Both the position numbers and the translations under genes were made by a program. The notes beneath the pieces were generated by a model. The model did not search any database. It worked only from the letters and a program-made list of their open reading frames with translations, and had not been told where the DNA came from. 54,821 bases of DNA, taken from assembly GCA_016933785.1 (NCBI GenBank), contig JAFGAG010000001.1:1-54821 (forward strand), given 5' to 3'. The stretch's first letter is position 1. Every line of letters begins with the position of its first letter. Of the stretch, positions 1-10,366 are shown in pieces. The DNA is from Coriobacteriia bacterium (GTDB taxonomy: Bacteria; Actinomycetota; Coriobacteriia; Anaerosomatales; Anaerosomataceae).

Positions 1-38
1 CGAACCGTGGGCTATTGTAACCAGGCTGTTCGCAGCAT

Positions 39-115
39 GGGCCCGTAGCTCAGTTGGTTAGAGCGCACGGCTGATAACCGTGAGGTCAGTGGTTCGAATC
101 CACTCGGGCCCACCA
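39..115 (+). tRNA. tRNA-Ile (anticodon GAT)
   Basis: Acceptor stem GGGCCCG/CGGGCCC, D-arm TAGCTCAGTTGGTTAGAGC, anticodon loop CT-GAT-AA, T-loop GGTTCGAATCC, encoded CCA end. Confidence 0.98.
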
Positions 116-125
116 TCGAAAGACA

Positions 126-152
126 CGAAGGCCCCGGGGACCGGGGCCTTCG
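126..152. terminator. GC-rich hairpin between tRNA-Ile and the convergent baeRF3 gene
   Basis: CGAAGGCCCCGG-gga-CCGGGGCCTTCG perfect 12-bp inverted repeat; weak U-tract. Confidence 0.6.
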
Positions 153-203
153 ATCGTCTGCGGCCACTACCCTGTGCGGGCGCCATCCACGGTCCGCTGC
201 GCA

Positions 204-1352
204 CTAGTACCGCAGGAGCGCTACGGTCCTCGCCTCATGCGGCATCCGGTCGGCACCGAAGAACAGCACCTCGCCACCGTTGGTGAGCGTGTCGAGCGCT
301 GCGGTCTGGAGGAGGTCCTCGTCGGCATCCGGGTAGTCGTCGTACTGTACGATGCCCGAGCCTGTCTCGTCATCCGACCACCAGCCCGCCGCCTCGGATA
401 TCAGAAGCGAGGCGATGCGACCCGCCGCAGCCGCTTCACGGATGGGCTGCGGCCCGGTGGTGACCTGGGGCGACGCCCAGGCTTCCGCGATGGTCTCGAG
501 CGTGGTCTCTCCGGACCGTCCGAACGCCTCGGCCGCGATCGCCCACGAGCGATCACGCAGAGCCTGGTCGCCGAGCGCATCGGGGTTGCCGGTGACCGCC
601 TCTGTCAGAAGTGAGGGGCAGGTGCTCACCTCATGATAGAGGGGGATGAGGTAGTCGACGCCGGCGAGCACGAGCGGCGCATGGTCGCTGCCGAGGTGTT
701 CGTGAAGCCCGCGATCGATCTCGCGGAAGAAGCGAACGAGCTCGTCTTTGCTGTCCGTCTCACCGGTGCCGTGGAAGACGGCAGGACGCCGACCACCCGA
801 TCCGCTCGTTCCAGTGTGGAACTGCAGCGAACTCTTCTCGTAGTCCTCCCATTGCAGTGCGTCGCTCAAGCTCTCGGGGATGTGCTCGGAAGGTACCTCG
901 GCAAGGGAGGACCGGTCGCCCTTGAGCAAGCGCACGCGCTTCTGACTGAGCGCGAGGACCCAGTACACGTCGTCTCTGCCGAGCAGTGGCAGAAGCGGCC
1001 GGACCCAGAACCGACGGCTCACGTGCACGTGTTCGGGTACCGGCACATCGAGCTGGAACACGTGGGGGGTATCGTCGCCGAGCAGGACCGCGAGCCCATC
1101 ACGCGACCGGAGCCACAACGGCCGGTCGTCGAGCAGCGCCCGGGCCGGCGCAAGCAGCCGCTCGGCGTCGGCGGCCTTGAGCCCTTGCGCCTCGAGCTCG
1201 GCCTGCGCCCTGCGCGTCAGGTTCTTGAGCCGGGTGGAGTCGGCCTCCTGACTCCCGGGGCCGAATCGTTGCGTGGGCAGGAAGATCGACACCCTCAGTC
1301 CCGGACCCGGCTCGGCGAGCCGCTTGATCGTGTCGAGCGACACAGCGTCCAT
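204..1352 (-). CDS. baeRF3-like (bacterial archaeo-eukaryotic release factor family) protein
   Basis: 382 aa; N-terminal VSIFLPT..RLKNL, PLLP..YWVLALS..VRL and FHG.G..D..RFFREID..PLVLAG motifs typical of baeRF3/7; SD GAGGAGG upstream. Confidence 0.8.
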   Translation of the reverse strand: MDAVSLDTIKRLAEPGPGLRVSIFLPTQRFGPGSQEADSTRLKNLTRRAQAELEAQGLKAADAERLLAPARALLDDRPLWLRSRDGLAVLLGDDTPHVFQLDVPVPEHVHVSRRFWVRPLLPLLGRDDVYWVLALSQKRVRLLKGDRSSLAEVPSEHIPESLSDALQWEDYEKSSLQFHTGTSGSGGRRPAVFHGTGETDSKDELVRFFREIDRGLHEHLGSDHAPLVLAGVDYLIPLYHEVSTCPSLLTEAVTGNPDALGDQALRDRSWAIAAEAFGRSGETTLETIAEAWASPQVTTGPQPIREAAAAGRIASLLISEAAGWWSDDETGSGIVQYDDYPDADEDLLQTAALDTLTNGGEVLFFGADRMPHEARTVALLRY

Positions 1353-1455
1353 GCTGCCTCCTCATGATCGGGTGCAGGGTACGCAAGGTCAGCCGGTCAT
1401 GCGGACACGGCGACATGAGTTGATATACCCACTCGGCCGCAGCGGGGACGGCATG

Positions 1456-4400
1456 CTATGCGCCGAGCATGCCCACGATCACCCGGTGGATCGCGCCATC
1501 GTCGATCAGCGGAACCCCGGGCGTCTCCCGACGCACACCGTCGAGCGTCACGTGGGCCACTCCGCGGTTCACACCACGGGGGTTCTCCACCGTGATCTCG
1601 TACGTCGCGGATCCGTGGCGGAACGACGCGGAGAATCCGGGCCACGTCTTCGGGATGCACGGGTCGATCACCAGCAGGCGCTCACCAGCCCGGGCCTCCG
1701 TGCGTATGCCGAGGATCTCGCATACGACCGTGCGGTAGAACCAGGCCGCTGAGCCGGTGTACCAGGTCCAGCCGCCCCGGCCGGTGTGGGGGTCGACCGA
1801 GTAGACGTCGGCGGCGAGCACGTACGGCTCCACCTTGTACCGCGCCACCCCTTCTTCGTCGAGTGTGTGGCTGAGCGGGTTGATGAGGTTCAGCAGCGAG
1901 ACCGCCTCATCCCCGTCGCCCAGCCGCGCATAAGCGAGCGCGACCCAGAGCGCCGCGTGCGTATACTGGCCGCCGTTCTCGCGCACGCCTGGCACGTAGC
2001 CTTTGATGTAACCGGGGTCATGCTCCATGCGGTCGAACGGGGGCGCGAGCAGCGCGATCAAGCCGTCGTCCCATCGGACGAGCTCGCTTTCCACGCTCTC
2101 CATGGCACGCCGCGCCCGGTCCGGATCTCCCTGGCCGGAGATCACCGACCATGCCTGGGCGATCGCGTCGATGCGGCACTCCTCGGCGCGCGCGGTGCCC
2201 AGAGGCGTGCCGTCATCGAAGTACGCGCGGCGGTACCAGGCGCCGTCCCAGGCGGTGCGCTCGGCGGCCTCGATGAACGAAGCGGCGGTGGCGCGCAGGC
2301 GCCCGGAGGCATCGGTGTCGTTGCGCAGATCGCATACGTCAGCGAAGCCACGCATGGTGACGTCGAGGAACCACGCGAGCCAGACGCTCTCGCCCGTACC
2401 TTCGGCACCGATGCGGTTCATGCCGTCGTTCCAGTCACCGCCGCCGATGAGGGGGAGTCCGTGCGGCCCGGCCGGGGCAAGCGCGAGTGCAGCGAGGCAG
2501 TGCTCGTACACGGTCCCGACCCGCAGGGATGGCTGCGGTTGCAGGTAGGCGTCCTCCCGGCCTTCGGGGACCGCAGGGCCCTCGAGGAACGGGGTCTCGA
2601 TATCGAGCACCGTGAGATCGCCGCTGGTGCGGACGTACTCGGCCACCACGAACGGCAGCCAGTGGCGGTCGTCTGTGAAGCGGGTCCGCACGCCGCGACC
2701 TGAGATGGGCTGCCACCAGTGCAGCACGTCGCCTTCAGGGAACTGGTGCCGGGAGGCCTCGATTATGTGCTCACGCACGAGCCCGGGCTGGCTGTCGACG
2801 AGCGCGAGGCAGTCCTGCAGCTGGTCGCGAAAACCGAATGCGCCGGACGACTGGTACGTGGCCGTACGGCCCCAGGTGCGGCATGCCAGCGACTGATAGA
2901 GCGCCGAGGGTACCATCGCGTCGAGCTTGGGATCGGGCGTCCGCACGGTGAGCGCGCCCAGCCGCTCACCCCAAACGCGCTTCACGGACTCGAACTCGTC
3001 CTCGACGGCTCCAGGCTCGCGAAGCCGTGCGAGGAGCGCGTGTGCCTCGGGGATCGTCTCGGTCTGGCCGAGCATGAAGACGACTTCCGCGCTCTGCCCG
3101 GGACCCAGTGCGACCGGCCGCATCAGCGCCCCGCAGTTGTCGTGGAATCGTCCCGTCAGTCCGCCCAGGTGTGCGCGTCGCATCGCATCCGGGGAGGTGG
3201 GCGAGCCGTTGCGTCCGATGAACTCGGTGCGGCTTGCGGTGTACGACCCGCCGATCACATCGGAGGCGACGAAGGCGGGACGTCCGGGGAAGTCGAGGTT
3301 GAACCAGCTGTGCGCCATGAGCGCGGAGGCGGTGTCGTCCCACCAGGTCACCACGCGCTGTTGTGCGGCACTGCGGGAGTCACCGAGGCTCCACTCGACC
3401 AGGTGGGTGACGCTGAGCGAGCGCGGGGTGTCGCCGAGGTTAGTGAGGCGCAGTCGTGCGATGCGGACGGGCGCCTCGTGGGCGACGAACCAGTCGAGCG
3501 TGTGCGCGATGCCGTGCGTGGCGTGCTCGAATCGCGAATACCCCCGGCCGTGGCGGATGACGTGCACGCCATCGCCACGCACCGGCAAGAGCGTCGGGCT
3601 CCAGAACTCGCCGGTGGCTTCGTCGCGCACGTACAAGCACTCGCCCGTGCCGTCGGAAACGGGGTCGTTGTTCCAGGTGCTGATGCGGTTCTCGTGGCTG
3701 TTCTCCGCCCACGTGCAGCCGATCCCGGCCTCTGATACGAGCGTGCCGAACCGGGGTGTCGCGATCACGTTCGCCCACGGCGCAGGGGTGGTCTGGCCAG
3801 GCTCGAGCACGATCACGTACTCGCCCGTCTCGGGGTCGATACCTCCGATGCCGTTGTCGAAGCGCAGGGCCGGGCGGGGCACCGCAGGGTTGGGGTGCTC
3901 CACGGGTTCCGCGGAGGGAGAGAACGCGTACGGAGGATCGGGGTGGTGGGCTCGGCGGTCGAGCTGCAGTGCGATCGGTCCCCGATCCCCCTCGATGACC
4001 ACGCGGGCGACGCTCTCGAGGAGGTTGCGCACCTCGGGGCGCACCTGGTCGGCGGTGCGCAGGAAGACGCCCCCGGGGCGGTCGGTGAGCTGCAGCGCAT
4101 GGCCGGTGCGGAGCAGCGTGCGCAGGCGGCCGTCGAGTTCGGAGGCGTACCCCGTCGGCCGTGTGTTAAGGATGACGAGGTCGGTCTCGAAGCCCTTGCT
4201 GCGCCAGTACTGATGCGCCAGCAACGCCTGGCGGGCGAGCGGCGTCTGATCGACCTGTTCGATCTTGAGGAGCAGGATGGGGTAGTCGCCTGAGATGCCG
4301 ATCTCCCAGAGACCTGCTATGGGTAGCTGGTTCTCGACCTCGGTGTGCACCTTGAGGCGAGAATACGGATCGGTCAGCAGCAGGCGGGACGCGAGCCGCA

Positions 4401-7400
4401 GGTACGTGACCGATTCCTCCGGCGTGATGCCGAGGTCCCTGAGCTCGATGCGACCGGTGGACCACGCGAGGTCGGCGGCACGCTGCGCGTTGCCGATGTC
4501 ATGGTACTTCTCGGCGAGGAACTCGATGCGCTCGCGCGACTCGGCTGCACCGGTGATGAACGCAAGGCGTGCGGTCTCGCCCGGCGGCACCACAAGCGGC
4601 TGTCGGATCGCACAGATGGGGTCGAGCACCGCCCCCGTCGTACCGGAGAGCCGGCCCCCGCCGACGATGGCGTCCGCGTTCGCAGGTGTGTTGAGCCGGC
4701 CGAGGAACGCCGCGCGGTCGGTCTCGTACGACCACGAGCACGAATCCGGTGAGTCGCATGCGAGCAGGTGGATGCCCCAGTGTCGTGGCTCCTCGGAGGA
4801 GCGCGGCCTACGCGAGAACAGCAGCGCCGTGTGCTCTTCGAGGGCCTCGGTCTCGACGAAGAGGTTGCTGTACGCCTTGTGCGCGCGGTCGGCCCCGCGC
4901 GGAGCGAGCGTGACCTCGAGGTACGAGGTCACCTCGAGGGCGAGCGGCGCGTCGCCATGGTTGGTGACGGTGATCCGTCTGACCTCCACGTCGTCTTCAG
5001 GTGAGACGATGATCTCTGTGTGGGTCTCTACGTCGCCATCCATCCGGCGGAAGTCCGCCTTGTCCGCCGAGAATGTGACGTGGTAGTCGTCCGGCTCGGC
5101 GAGCGATGGCTGGAACGTCGCCGACCACGCCTTCCCGCTTTCCACGTCCTTGAGGTAGAAGAACGTGCCCCAACAGTCGCGCGTGATGTCCTCGCGGTAG
5201 CGCGTCACGGTGCGGTCTCGCCAGCGGCTATAGCTGCCGCCTGCGTTGGTGACCATGACCGAATACGAGCCGTTCGACAGGAAGTGGGTCGCGGGGACGG
5301 GAGTGCTTGCGATGGGGTAGGCGCGGGTGATGGGTGGCGGCACCTCTCGCACGGAGCGCACGAATTCGACCTCTTCGGCACGGGGCTCGGCGACCTGCAC
5401 GCGGCGCGGCACGCGCTCCTGCAAGAGCAGCTCGGTCGAGGCGACGAGCGGGTCTTCGTGGAAGCGCTCCTGCATCCGGAACCCGCAGAGCATGTTGCCG
5501 AGGGACAGCATGCTCATGCCCTGGTGGTGCGCCATGTACGCCTTGACGATCGCGCGTTCCTTGCCCGCAGGCACCCGGCCGGGCGTGTAGTCGATCGCCT
5601 CGTAGTAGCCGTACCAGCCCTCGGCTCCCTGGCGGGTGAGGACGCTGAGGTTCTCGAGCGCCTCGCGTGGGGCGACCATGAGCGCGAGCACGGTGGCGTA
5701 CGGTGCCACTACGATGTCGGCCGAGAGACCGCGCTTGAGGCCGAGGCCGGGGACGCCGAACGCCTGGTACTGATAGGTGAGTTCCACGTCCTTGGCGTTG
5801 AACGCCGACTCCGAGACGCCCCACGGCACACCACGCTGCCTGCCGTACTGGATCTGCCTGCGCACCACATTGGCGTAGGTGCGGTCGAGCAGCGTGTCCG
5901 GCCACGTCTTCATCACCAACAGCGGCATGAGGTACTCGAACATGCTCGCGCTCCAGCTCACGAGCGCGGCGCCACCCTCGGTGCGCGTGACCGCTCGGCC
6001 GAGGCGGAACCAGTGCTCCTGCGGCACGTCGCCCTTGGCGATCGCGAGGAAGCTCGCGAGGCGGCATTCGCTCGCGAGCATGTCGTAGTAGGAGTCGTCG
6101 AGGCGTCCCTCCGCAGTGTTGAAGCCGATCGAGAAGAGCAGCCGGTGCTCGTCGAAGAGCATCGCGAAATCCGTGTGCTCCCACATCTCCCGGGCGATCT
6201 CGGCCGACAGGCGCATCCTGGCGAGCAGCGTTCCGGCGCGCTCACGCGCGGCGCGGATGCCGTCAGCTACACGCGCCGCCCATTGCGCATCCCCGTCTGC
6301 CGAGGCTGCCGTCGCATCAAGCGCTTCGAGTGCGCCGCTGAGCCCTTCCGCCAGACCGGCCAGGCTCGGCACGTGTCGGAAGAGTGGGTCGAGCGCCGGG
6401 TCGGGGTCGCTGTCGTGCGAGCCCGCAGCGGCGAGTACGTCGGTCGCCCATGGCGCGTTTGTGTCAAGCGCGCTGAGCGCGGCATCCACCAGCTCGCATA
6501 CCGAACGCGCGGAGGCCGTCGCTTGCGAGGCGAGCGCGTCGTCACCCCCGGTTTCGGCGAGCCGGCGGGCACGCTCTTCGATCGGAAGCGTGAGGGACCG
6601 GAGCGCTTCGAGCAGCGAGCGCCACTCGCCGAGGTTGGTGGGAGCGGTGTCGAGCGCGATACGCCGGACGGTCTCCTCGAGCGCAGTCCGGATCTCGGCG
6701 CGGTCGTCGTGGGTGGGTTTCGCACTCCGGGCAGCGGCAAGGTCTTCAAGCGCGAGACGTGCGGTGTCGGCGATCCCGTCGAGCAGCTCAGGTCCGAGAA
6801 GGGGCCGCTCCGTGGCCTCCAGCAGCGCGACACGGAGCGCCAGCAGGTGTCCGGCGAGGTTGCCCGAGTCCACGGTCGAGACGTAGGTGGGACGCAGCGG
6901 CTGCAGGGTGGTCGTGTCGTACCAGTTGTAGAAGTGCCCGCGGAACCGCTCCATGCCGGTCATCGTCGTGAGCGTCCGCGACGTGTACTCGGCGAGGCCT
7001 TCGACGGTGACGTAGCCGAGGTCGTAGGCGGTCACCGCGGAGAGAAGCTGCAGCCCCATGTTTGTGGGGGAGGTCCGGTGGGCGACCTCGCCCTTGGGAT
7101 CTTCCTGGAAGTTGTCAGGCGCGAGGTAGTGGTCTCCGGCCGTCACGAAGGTCTCGAAGAAGCGCCACGTCTTGCGGGCCGTGCGCCGCATGCTGGTGAT
7201 GTCCGATGCCGTGGTCTCGGGCGAGGGAGGTGGCGTGGGCCTGCTGGCGCGCCATGCTGCGACCGGAGCGAGCACCCACGCGCCGAGGAGCGGCAGGAAC
7301 GGCAGGATCGCCAGGGGCCCGGCGGCCACCGCGATGACCGCAGCGCTCGCGCCGACGAGCGCGACCGAGGGCCACATGCGGGTCGTGAACGCCTGAAGCA

Positions 7401-10179
7401 CGCCGACACCCAGGCGCTTCTCGGTCTCAGCAGCGGTCTCCCACTCCAGCAACCCTCGTCGGCTGACGGACATGCGCCAGAGCGCGCGCGCGATCGCGTC
7501 GGTCATCAGCTGCGCCTGGTGCGGTATGACCGCGATGTTGAGCGCGGTGCGCAGGGTGTCCCGGCGGATATCGGAGAGCATCGTCCCCCGCTCGCTCCGG
7601 GTGTCGGCAGGCGAGCGGCGCAGGAGTGAGTCGGCCATCCCGAAGATCAGCGGGAAGAGCAGGATTCCCGCGACGATGCCGAGGAAGGCCCACGATATGG
7701 CGGGAAGGAGGGCGAAGCCCACGAGGACGAAGAGCACGGTGGCCAAAGGCGCCAATGAGCGGCGCAGGTTGTCAGTGATCTTCCAACGGTGGAGGTTCGT
7801 GAGGGGGTTTCGCTCCTTGCCGCCATCTATCGGCACGCGTGGTAGGAGCCACGGGAGGGTCTGCCAATCACCGCGGACCCACCGGTGGAGACGGGCGCAG
7901 TGCGAGATGTAGCTCGACGGCTGATCGTCGTAGACCTCGATGTCCGAGGCGAGCCCGGTCCGCAGGTATGAGCCCTCAAGCAGGTCATGCGAGAGGAGCG
8001 TGTTCTCGGGGAACCGGTCCCCGAGCACGGCATTGAAGACATCGACTTCGAAGATGCCCTTACCTGTGAATGAGCCTTCACTAAAGACGTCCTGATACGT
8101 ATCGGACACGGCACCAGCGTACGGGTCGACACCGGTCACTCCCGAGTAGAGCCAGGCGAAGAGGCTGTCCTCGGATCCTTCGAGCGACATAGCGACTCGC
8201 GGCTGTATGAGCCCGTAGCCACGGCGGACCGTGCGGGTGACCGGGTCGACCTCCGCGCGGTTGAGGGGGTGTGCGATCGTCGCGATGAGCTTGCGTGCGC
8301 CGTCGCGCGGCAGGATCGTGTCGGTATCGAGCGTGACGACGAAGGTGACGCCCGCATACCCGGCGGAATCGGCGTCCGCGATGATGAACGAAGTGTCCGT
8401 CGCACCGCGCAGGAGCCTGCAGAACTCCGTGAGCGCTCCGCGCTTGCGCTCCCAGCCCATCCACGTCTGGTCGGCCTCGCTCCACGTCCTGCCCCGCACG
8501 AACAGCATGAACGGCCGGTCGCCACCATTGCCGTAGCGCTCGTTCAGCTCGGCGATCCCCGTCCGGGCCGCCTCGATCACGGCGCTGTCCGCGGTCGCGC
8601 GCTGCGCGTCACCGCCTCGCAGGTCCGCGAGGATCGCGAAGCGCACGTTGGGGTCGCGGTTGGCCAGGAAGCCGACCTCCATGTTGTCCACCACATGCCG
8701 CGCCGCGCCCGGCGAAGCGAGGAGTGCGGTGTAGACGACCATGGTCTGGTGTGCGCGTACCACTGGCAGGCGGTGGTCGATCTTCGCAAGCGTCCGAGGA
8801 GGCCAGAGCCACGCGGCCAGCCGGTTCGCGAGCGTCATGCCGACGTCGGAGAGCGGGATGAAGCCGAGAAGCCCGAGCACCACGCCCACCCAGGTCCGGC
8901 CCGTCGCGGCGGTGGCGAACCAGCCCGTGGCGACAACGAGGAGTGCGGTCGTGACGCCCAGGGAGCCCCAGTAGATCACGCCGCGCGCGGCCAGCGGGCC
9001 GCGGTGCATGCGCTCGCGGAACCGCGGCCGGTAACCCACCGCACGCTCGAACACATACCGGCCGTCACTGATGAGGTAGTGCCCCACATGCGCCCTGCGT
9101 GTGTCCGTGGCGTCGGTGGCGAGCGCATCGAGGCAGTGGCTGACGACCGCCTCGGCCACCTCGATCTCATCGAGTGGTCCGCGCTCGGCAAGCTCTTCAA
9201 CAGTGTGGCGCAGGCGATCGCGACTGACGAAGTCCATGCGCCCGTAGATGCCGGCGGGATCCTCTCGCAGCACCTGCTCGACCACGCTCACCCGCTCGAA
9301 GAACTCCCGCCATTCAAGCGCGTCGAGGAAGCGGATGCTCGTGATCGCGTTGGCGATTGACACCTGATCAGCCGCTTGGTGCTGGTGCTCCGCCATCGTG
9401 AGGCGCTCGAGATCGGCGCCATGGCGCGCGAGAGCCGCCTCGAGCCAGTCGGCCAGCTGCTCGAGGCCGGTCTCGTGACCGGTGAGCCGCTGCGAGAGCC
9501 GGAGCAGGAACGCCGGCGGTGCGTCGGCGTGTGCACGGCCGAGCTCGGCGATGCGCTCGGCGACCTCGACCGCGCTGCCGTCAGCCGCCATGACGAGCCG
9601 GTCGGCGAACCGCTCACCACCGACGACGGCCTGATGGCTCACGAGAATGCGCCTGCCCAGCCGCCTGAGGTTCTCTATGAGCGCGGCGCGGAGCATGATC
9701 GGGACCGCCCACACCTCTCCGATGGTGAGTGGTGTGGCATCCTGATAGGCCATCGTGAAACCGACCAGCGTGTCTTCGTCTATGCGCGAGTCGGTGTGTG
9801 AGAGCAGCGTCGCCATGGCCTCTGTGAGCCGTGGATAGCTCTGGAACGGTCCATCGGTCAGCCGGGGCAGCTCCGCGCCGTATCGTGCAGGAAGGTCCTC
9901 GGTCACGAGGGTGATCTGTTCCTGGACGAGGTAGTAGTTGTCGAGCAGCCATTCGGCCGCCGGTGCGACGGGGATGTCGTCGCGCGCGTCGGTGACGAGC
10001 ACACGGTAGATGGCGGTAAGCTCCTCCGAGGCGCTCTCTACCAGACCGAGCACCGGGGTGCGGCCCCGTGAGGGGCCGACGGTCCACCGTTGTCGGCCCG
10101 CGAGCGCTCGTGCCGCTGCCGCGAGGCGGTCTGCCCCGAGCAGCTCCTCCCGGAACGGCTCGTCAGCTCGCGGACGCAC
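1456..10179 (-). CDS. ndvB: cyclic beta-1,2-glucan synthase (GT84 + glucoamylase-like + GH94 phosphorylase domains)
   Basis: 2907 aa; EWLLDNYY, WMGWERKRG, LSHDLLEG, RWVRGDWQ, RTSPTNMG, SWSASMFEYLMP, YQSSGAFGFRDQLQD, GDWNDGMN, RENGGQYTH, WTWYTGSA motifs; start uncertain (see findings). Confidence 0.93.
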   Translation of the reverse strand: MRPRADEPFREELLGADRLAAAARALAGRQRWTVGPSRGRTPVLGLVESASEELTAIYRVLVTDARDDIPVAPAAEWLLDNYYLVQEQITLVTEDLPARYGAELPRLTDGPFQSYPRLTEAMATLLSHTDSRIDEDTLVGFTMAYQDATPLTIGEVWAVPIMLRAALIENLRRLGRRILVSHQAVVGGERFADRLVMAADGSAVEVAERIAELGRAHADAPPAFLLRLSQRLTGHETGLEQLADWLEAALARHGADLERLTMAEHQHQAADQVSIANAITSIRFLDALEWREFFERVSVVEQVLREDPAGIYGRMDFVSRDRLRHTVEELAERGPLDEIEVAEAVVSHCLDALATDATDTRRAHVGHYLISDGRYVFERAVGYRPRFRERMHRGPLAARGVIYWGSLGVTTALLVVATGWFATAATGRTWVGVVLGLLGFIPLSDVGMTLANRLAAWLWPPRTLAKIDHRLPVVRAHQTMVVYTALLASPGAARHVVDNMEVGFLANRDPNVRFAILADLRGGDAQRATADSAVIEAARTGIAELNERYGNGGDRPFMLFVRGRTWSEADQTWMGWERKRGALTEFCRLLRGATDTSFIIADADSAGYAGVTFVVTLDTDTILPRDGARKLIATIAHPLNRAEVDPVTRTVRRGYGLIQPRVAMSLEGSEDSLFAWLYSGVTGVDPYAGAVSDTYQDVFSEGSFTGKGIFEVDVFNAVLGDRFPENTLLSHDLLEGSYLRTGLASDIEVYDDQPSSYISHCARLHRWVRGDWQTLPWLLPRVPIDGGKERNPLTNLHRWKITDNLRRSLAPLATVLFVLVGFALLPAISWAFLGIVAGILLFPLIFGMADSLLRRSPADTRSERGTMLSDIRRDTLRTALNIAVIPHQAQLMTDAIARALWRMSVSRRGLLEWETAAETEKRLGVGVLQAFTTRMWPSVALVGASAAVIAVAAGPLAILPFLPLLGAWVLAPVAAWRASRPTPPPSPETTASDITSMRRTARKTWRFFETFVTAGDHYLAPDNFQEDPKGEVAHRTSPTNMGLQLLSAVTAYDLGYVTVEGLAEYTSRTLTTMTGMERFRGHFYNWYDTTTLQPLRPTYVSTVDSGNLAGHLLALRVALLEATERPLLGPELLDGIADTARLALEDLAAARSAKPTHDDRAEIRTALEETVRRIALDTAPTNLGEWRSLLEALRSLTLPIEERARRLAETGGDDALASQATASARSVCELVDAALSALDTNAPWATDVLAAAGSHDSDPDPALDPLFRHVPSLAGLAEGLSGALEALDATAASADGDAQWAARVADGIRAARERAGTLLARMRLSAEIAREMWEHTDFAMLFDEHRLLFSIGFNTAEGRLDDSYYDMLASECRLASFLAIAKGDVPQEHWFRLGRAVTRTEGGAALVSWSASMFEYLMPLLVMKTWPDTLLDRTYANVVRRQIQYGRQRGVPWGVSESAFNAKDVELTYQYQAFGVPGLGLKRGLSADIVVAPYATVLALMVAPREALENLSVLTRQGAEGWYGYYEAIDYTPGRVPAGKERAIVKAYMAHHQGMSMLSLGNMLCGFRMQERFHEDPLVASTELLLQERVPRRVQVAEPRAEEVEFVRSVREVPPPITRAYPIASTPVPATHFLSNGSYSVMVTNAGGSYSRWRDRTVTRYREDITRDCWGTFFYLKDVESGKAWSATFQPSLAEPDDYHVTFSADKADFRRMDGDVETHTEIIVSPEDDVEVRRITVTNHGDAPLALEVTSYLEVTLAPRGADRAHKAYSNLFVETEALEEHTALLFSRRPRSSEEPRHWGIHLLACDSPDSCSWSYETDRAAFLGRLNTPANADAIVGGGRLSGTTGAVLDPICAIRQPLVVPPGETARLAFITGAAESRERIEFLAEKYHDIGNAQRAADLAWSTGRIELRDLGITPEESVTYLRLASRLLLTDPYSRLKVHTEVENQLPIAGLWEIGISGDYPILLLKIEQVDQTPLARQALLAHQYWRSKGFETDLVILNTRPTGYASELDGRLRTLLRTGHALQLTDRPGGVFLRTADQVRPEVRNLLESVARVVIEGDRGPIALQLDRRAHHPDPPYAFSPSAEPVEHPNPAVPRPALRFDNGIGGIDPETGEYVIVLEPGQTTPAPWANVIATPRFGTLVSEAGIGCTWAENSHENRISTWNNDPVSDGTGECLYVRDEATGEFWSPTLLPVRGDGVHVIRHGRGYSRFEHATHGIAHTLDWFVAHEAPVRIARLRLTNLGDTPRSLSVTHLVEWSLGDSRSAAQQRVVTWWDDTASALMAHSWFNLDFPGRPAFVASDVIGGSYTASRTEFIGRNGSPTSPDAMRRAHLGGLTGRFHDNCGALMRPVALGPGQSAEVVFMLGQTETIPEAHALLARLREPGAVEDEFESVKRVWGERLGALTVRTPDPKLDAMVPSALYQSLACRTWGRTATYQSSGAFGFRDQLQDCLALVDSQPGLVREHIIEASRHQFPEGDVLHWWQPISGRGVRTRFTDDRHWLPFVVAEYVRTSGDLTVLDIETPFLEGPAVPEGREDAYLQPQPSLRVGTVYEHCLAALALAPAGPHGLPLIGGGDWNDGMNRIGAEGTGESVWLAWFLDVTMRGFADVCDLRNDTDASGRLRATAASFIEAAERTAWDGAWYRRAYFDDGTPLGTARAEECRIDAIAQAWSVISGQGDPDRARRAMESVESELVRWDDGLIALLAPPFDRMEHDPGYIKGYVPGVRENGGQYTHAALWVALAYARLGDGDEAVSLLNLINPLSHTLDEEGVARYKVEPYVLAADVYSVDPHTGRGGWTWYTGSAAWFYRTVVCEILGIRTEARAGERLLVIDPCIPKTWPGFSASFRHGSATYEITVENPRGVNRGVAHVTLDGVRRETPGVPLIDDGAIHRVIVGMLGA

Positions 10180-10366
10180 TGTATCGGCTTGGTGGCTGAT
10201 GGAGGATCACCTCGCGGAGGGCTGTCGTGACCGAACGGCGGACCAGGTCGCACCAGGCCTATTGTGCCACGACGCGGCTCACGATAGGCGCTGGAAACGG
10301 CACGCCCGTTGCTGGTGCGATACCCACCAGGGTATAGTCCGCAGATCACTCACGACCGGAGGTCAG

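Noticed and set aside
5020-7629. Long opposite-strand or alternate-frame ORFs (e.g. 869 aa here, 710 aa at 20082-22214, 545 aa at 32115-33752)
   Set aside because: Antisense shadows of well-supported genes, expected in high-GC DNA where stop codons are scarce
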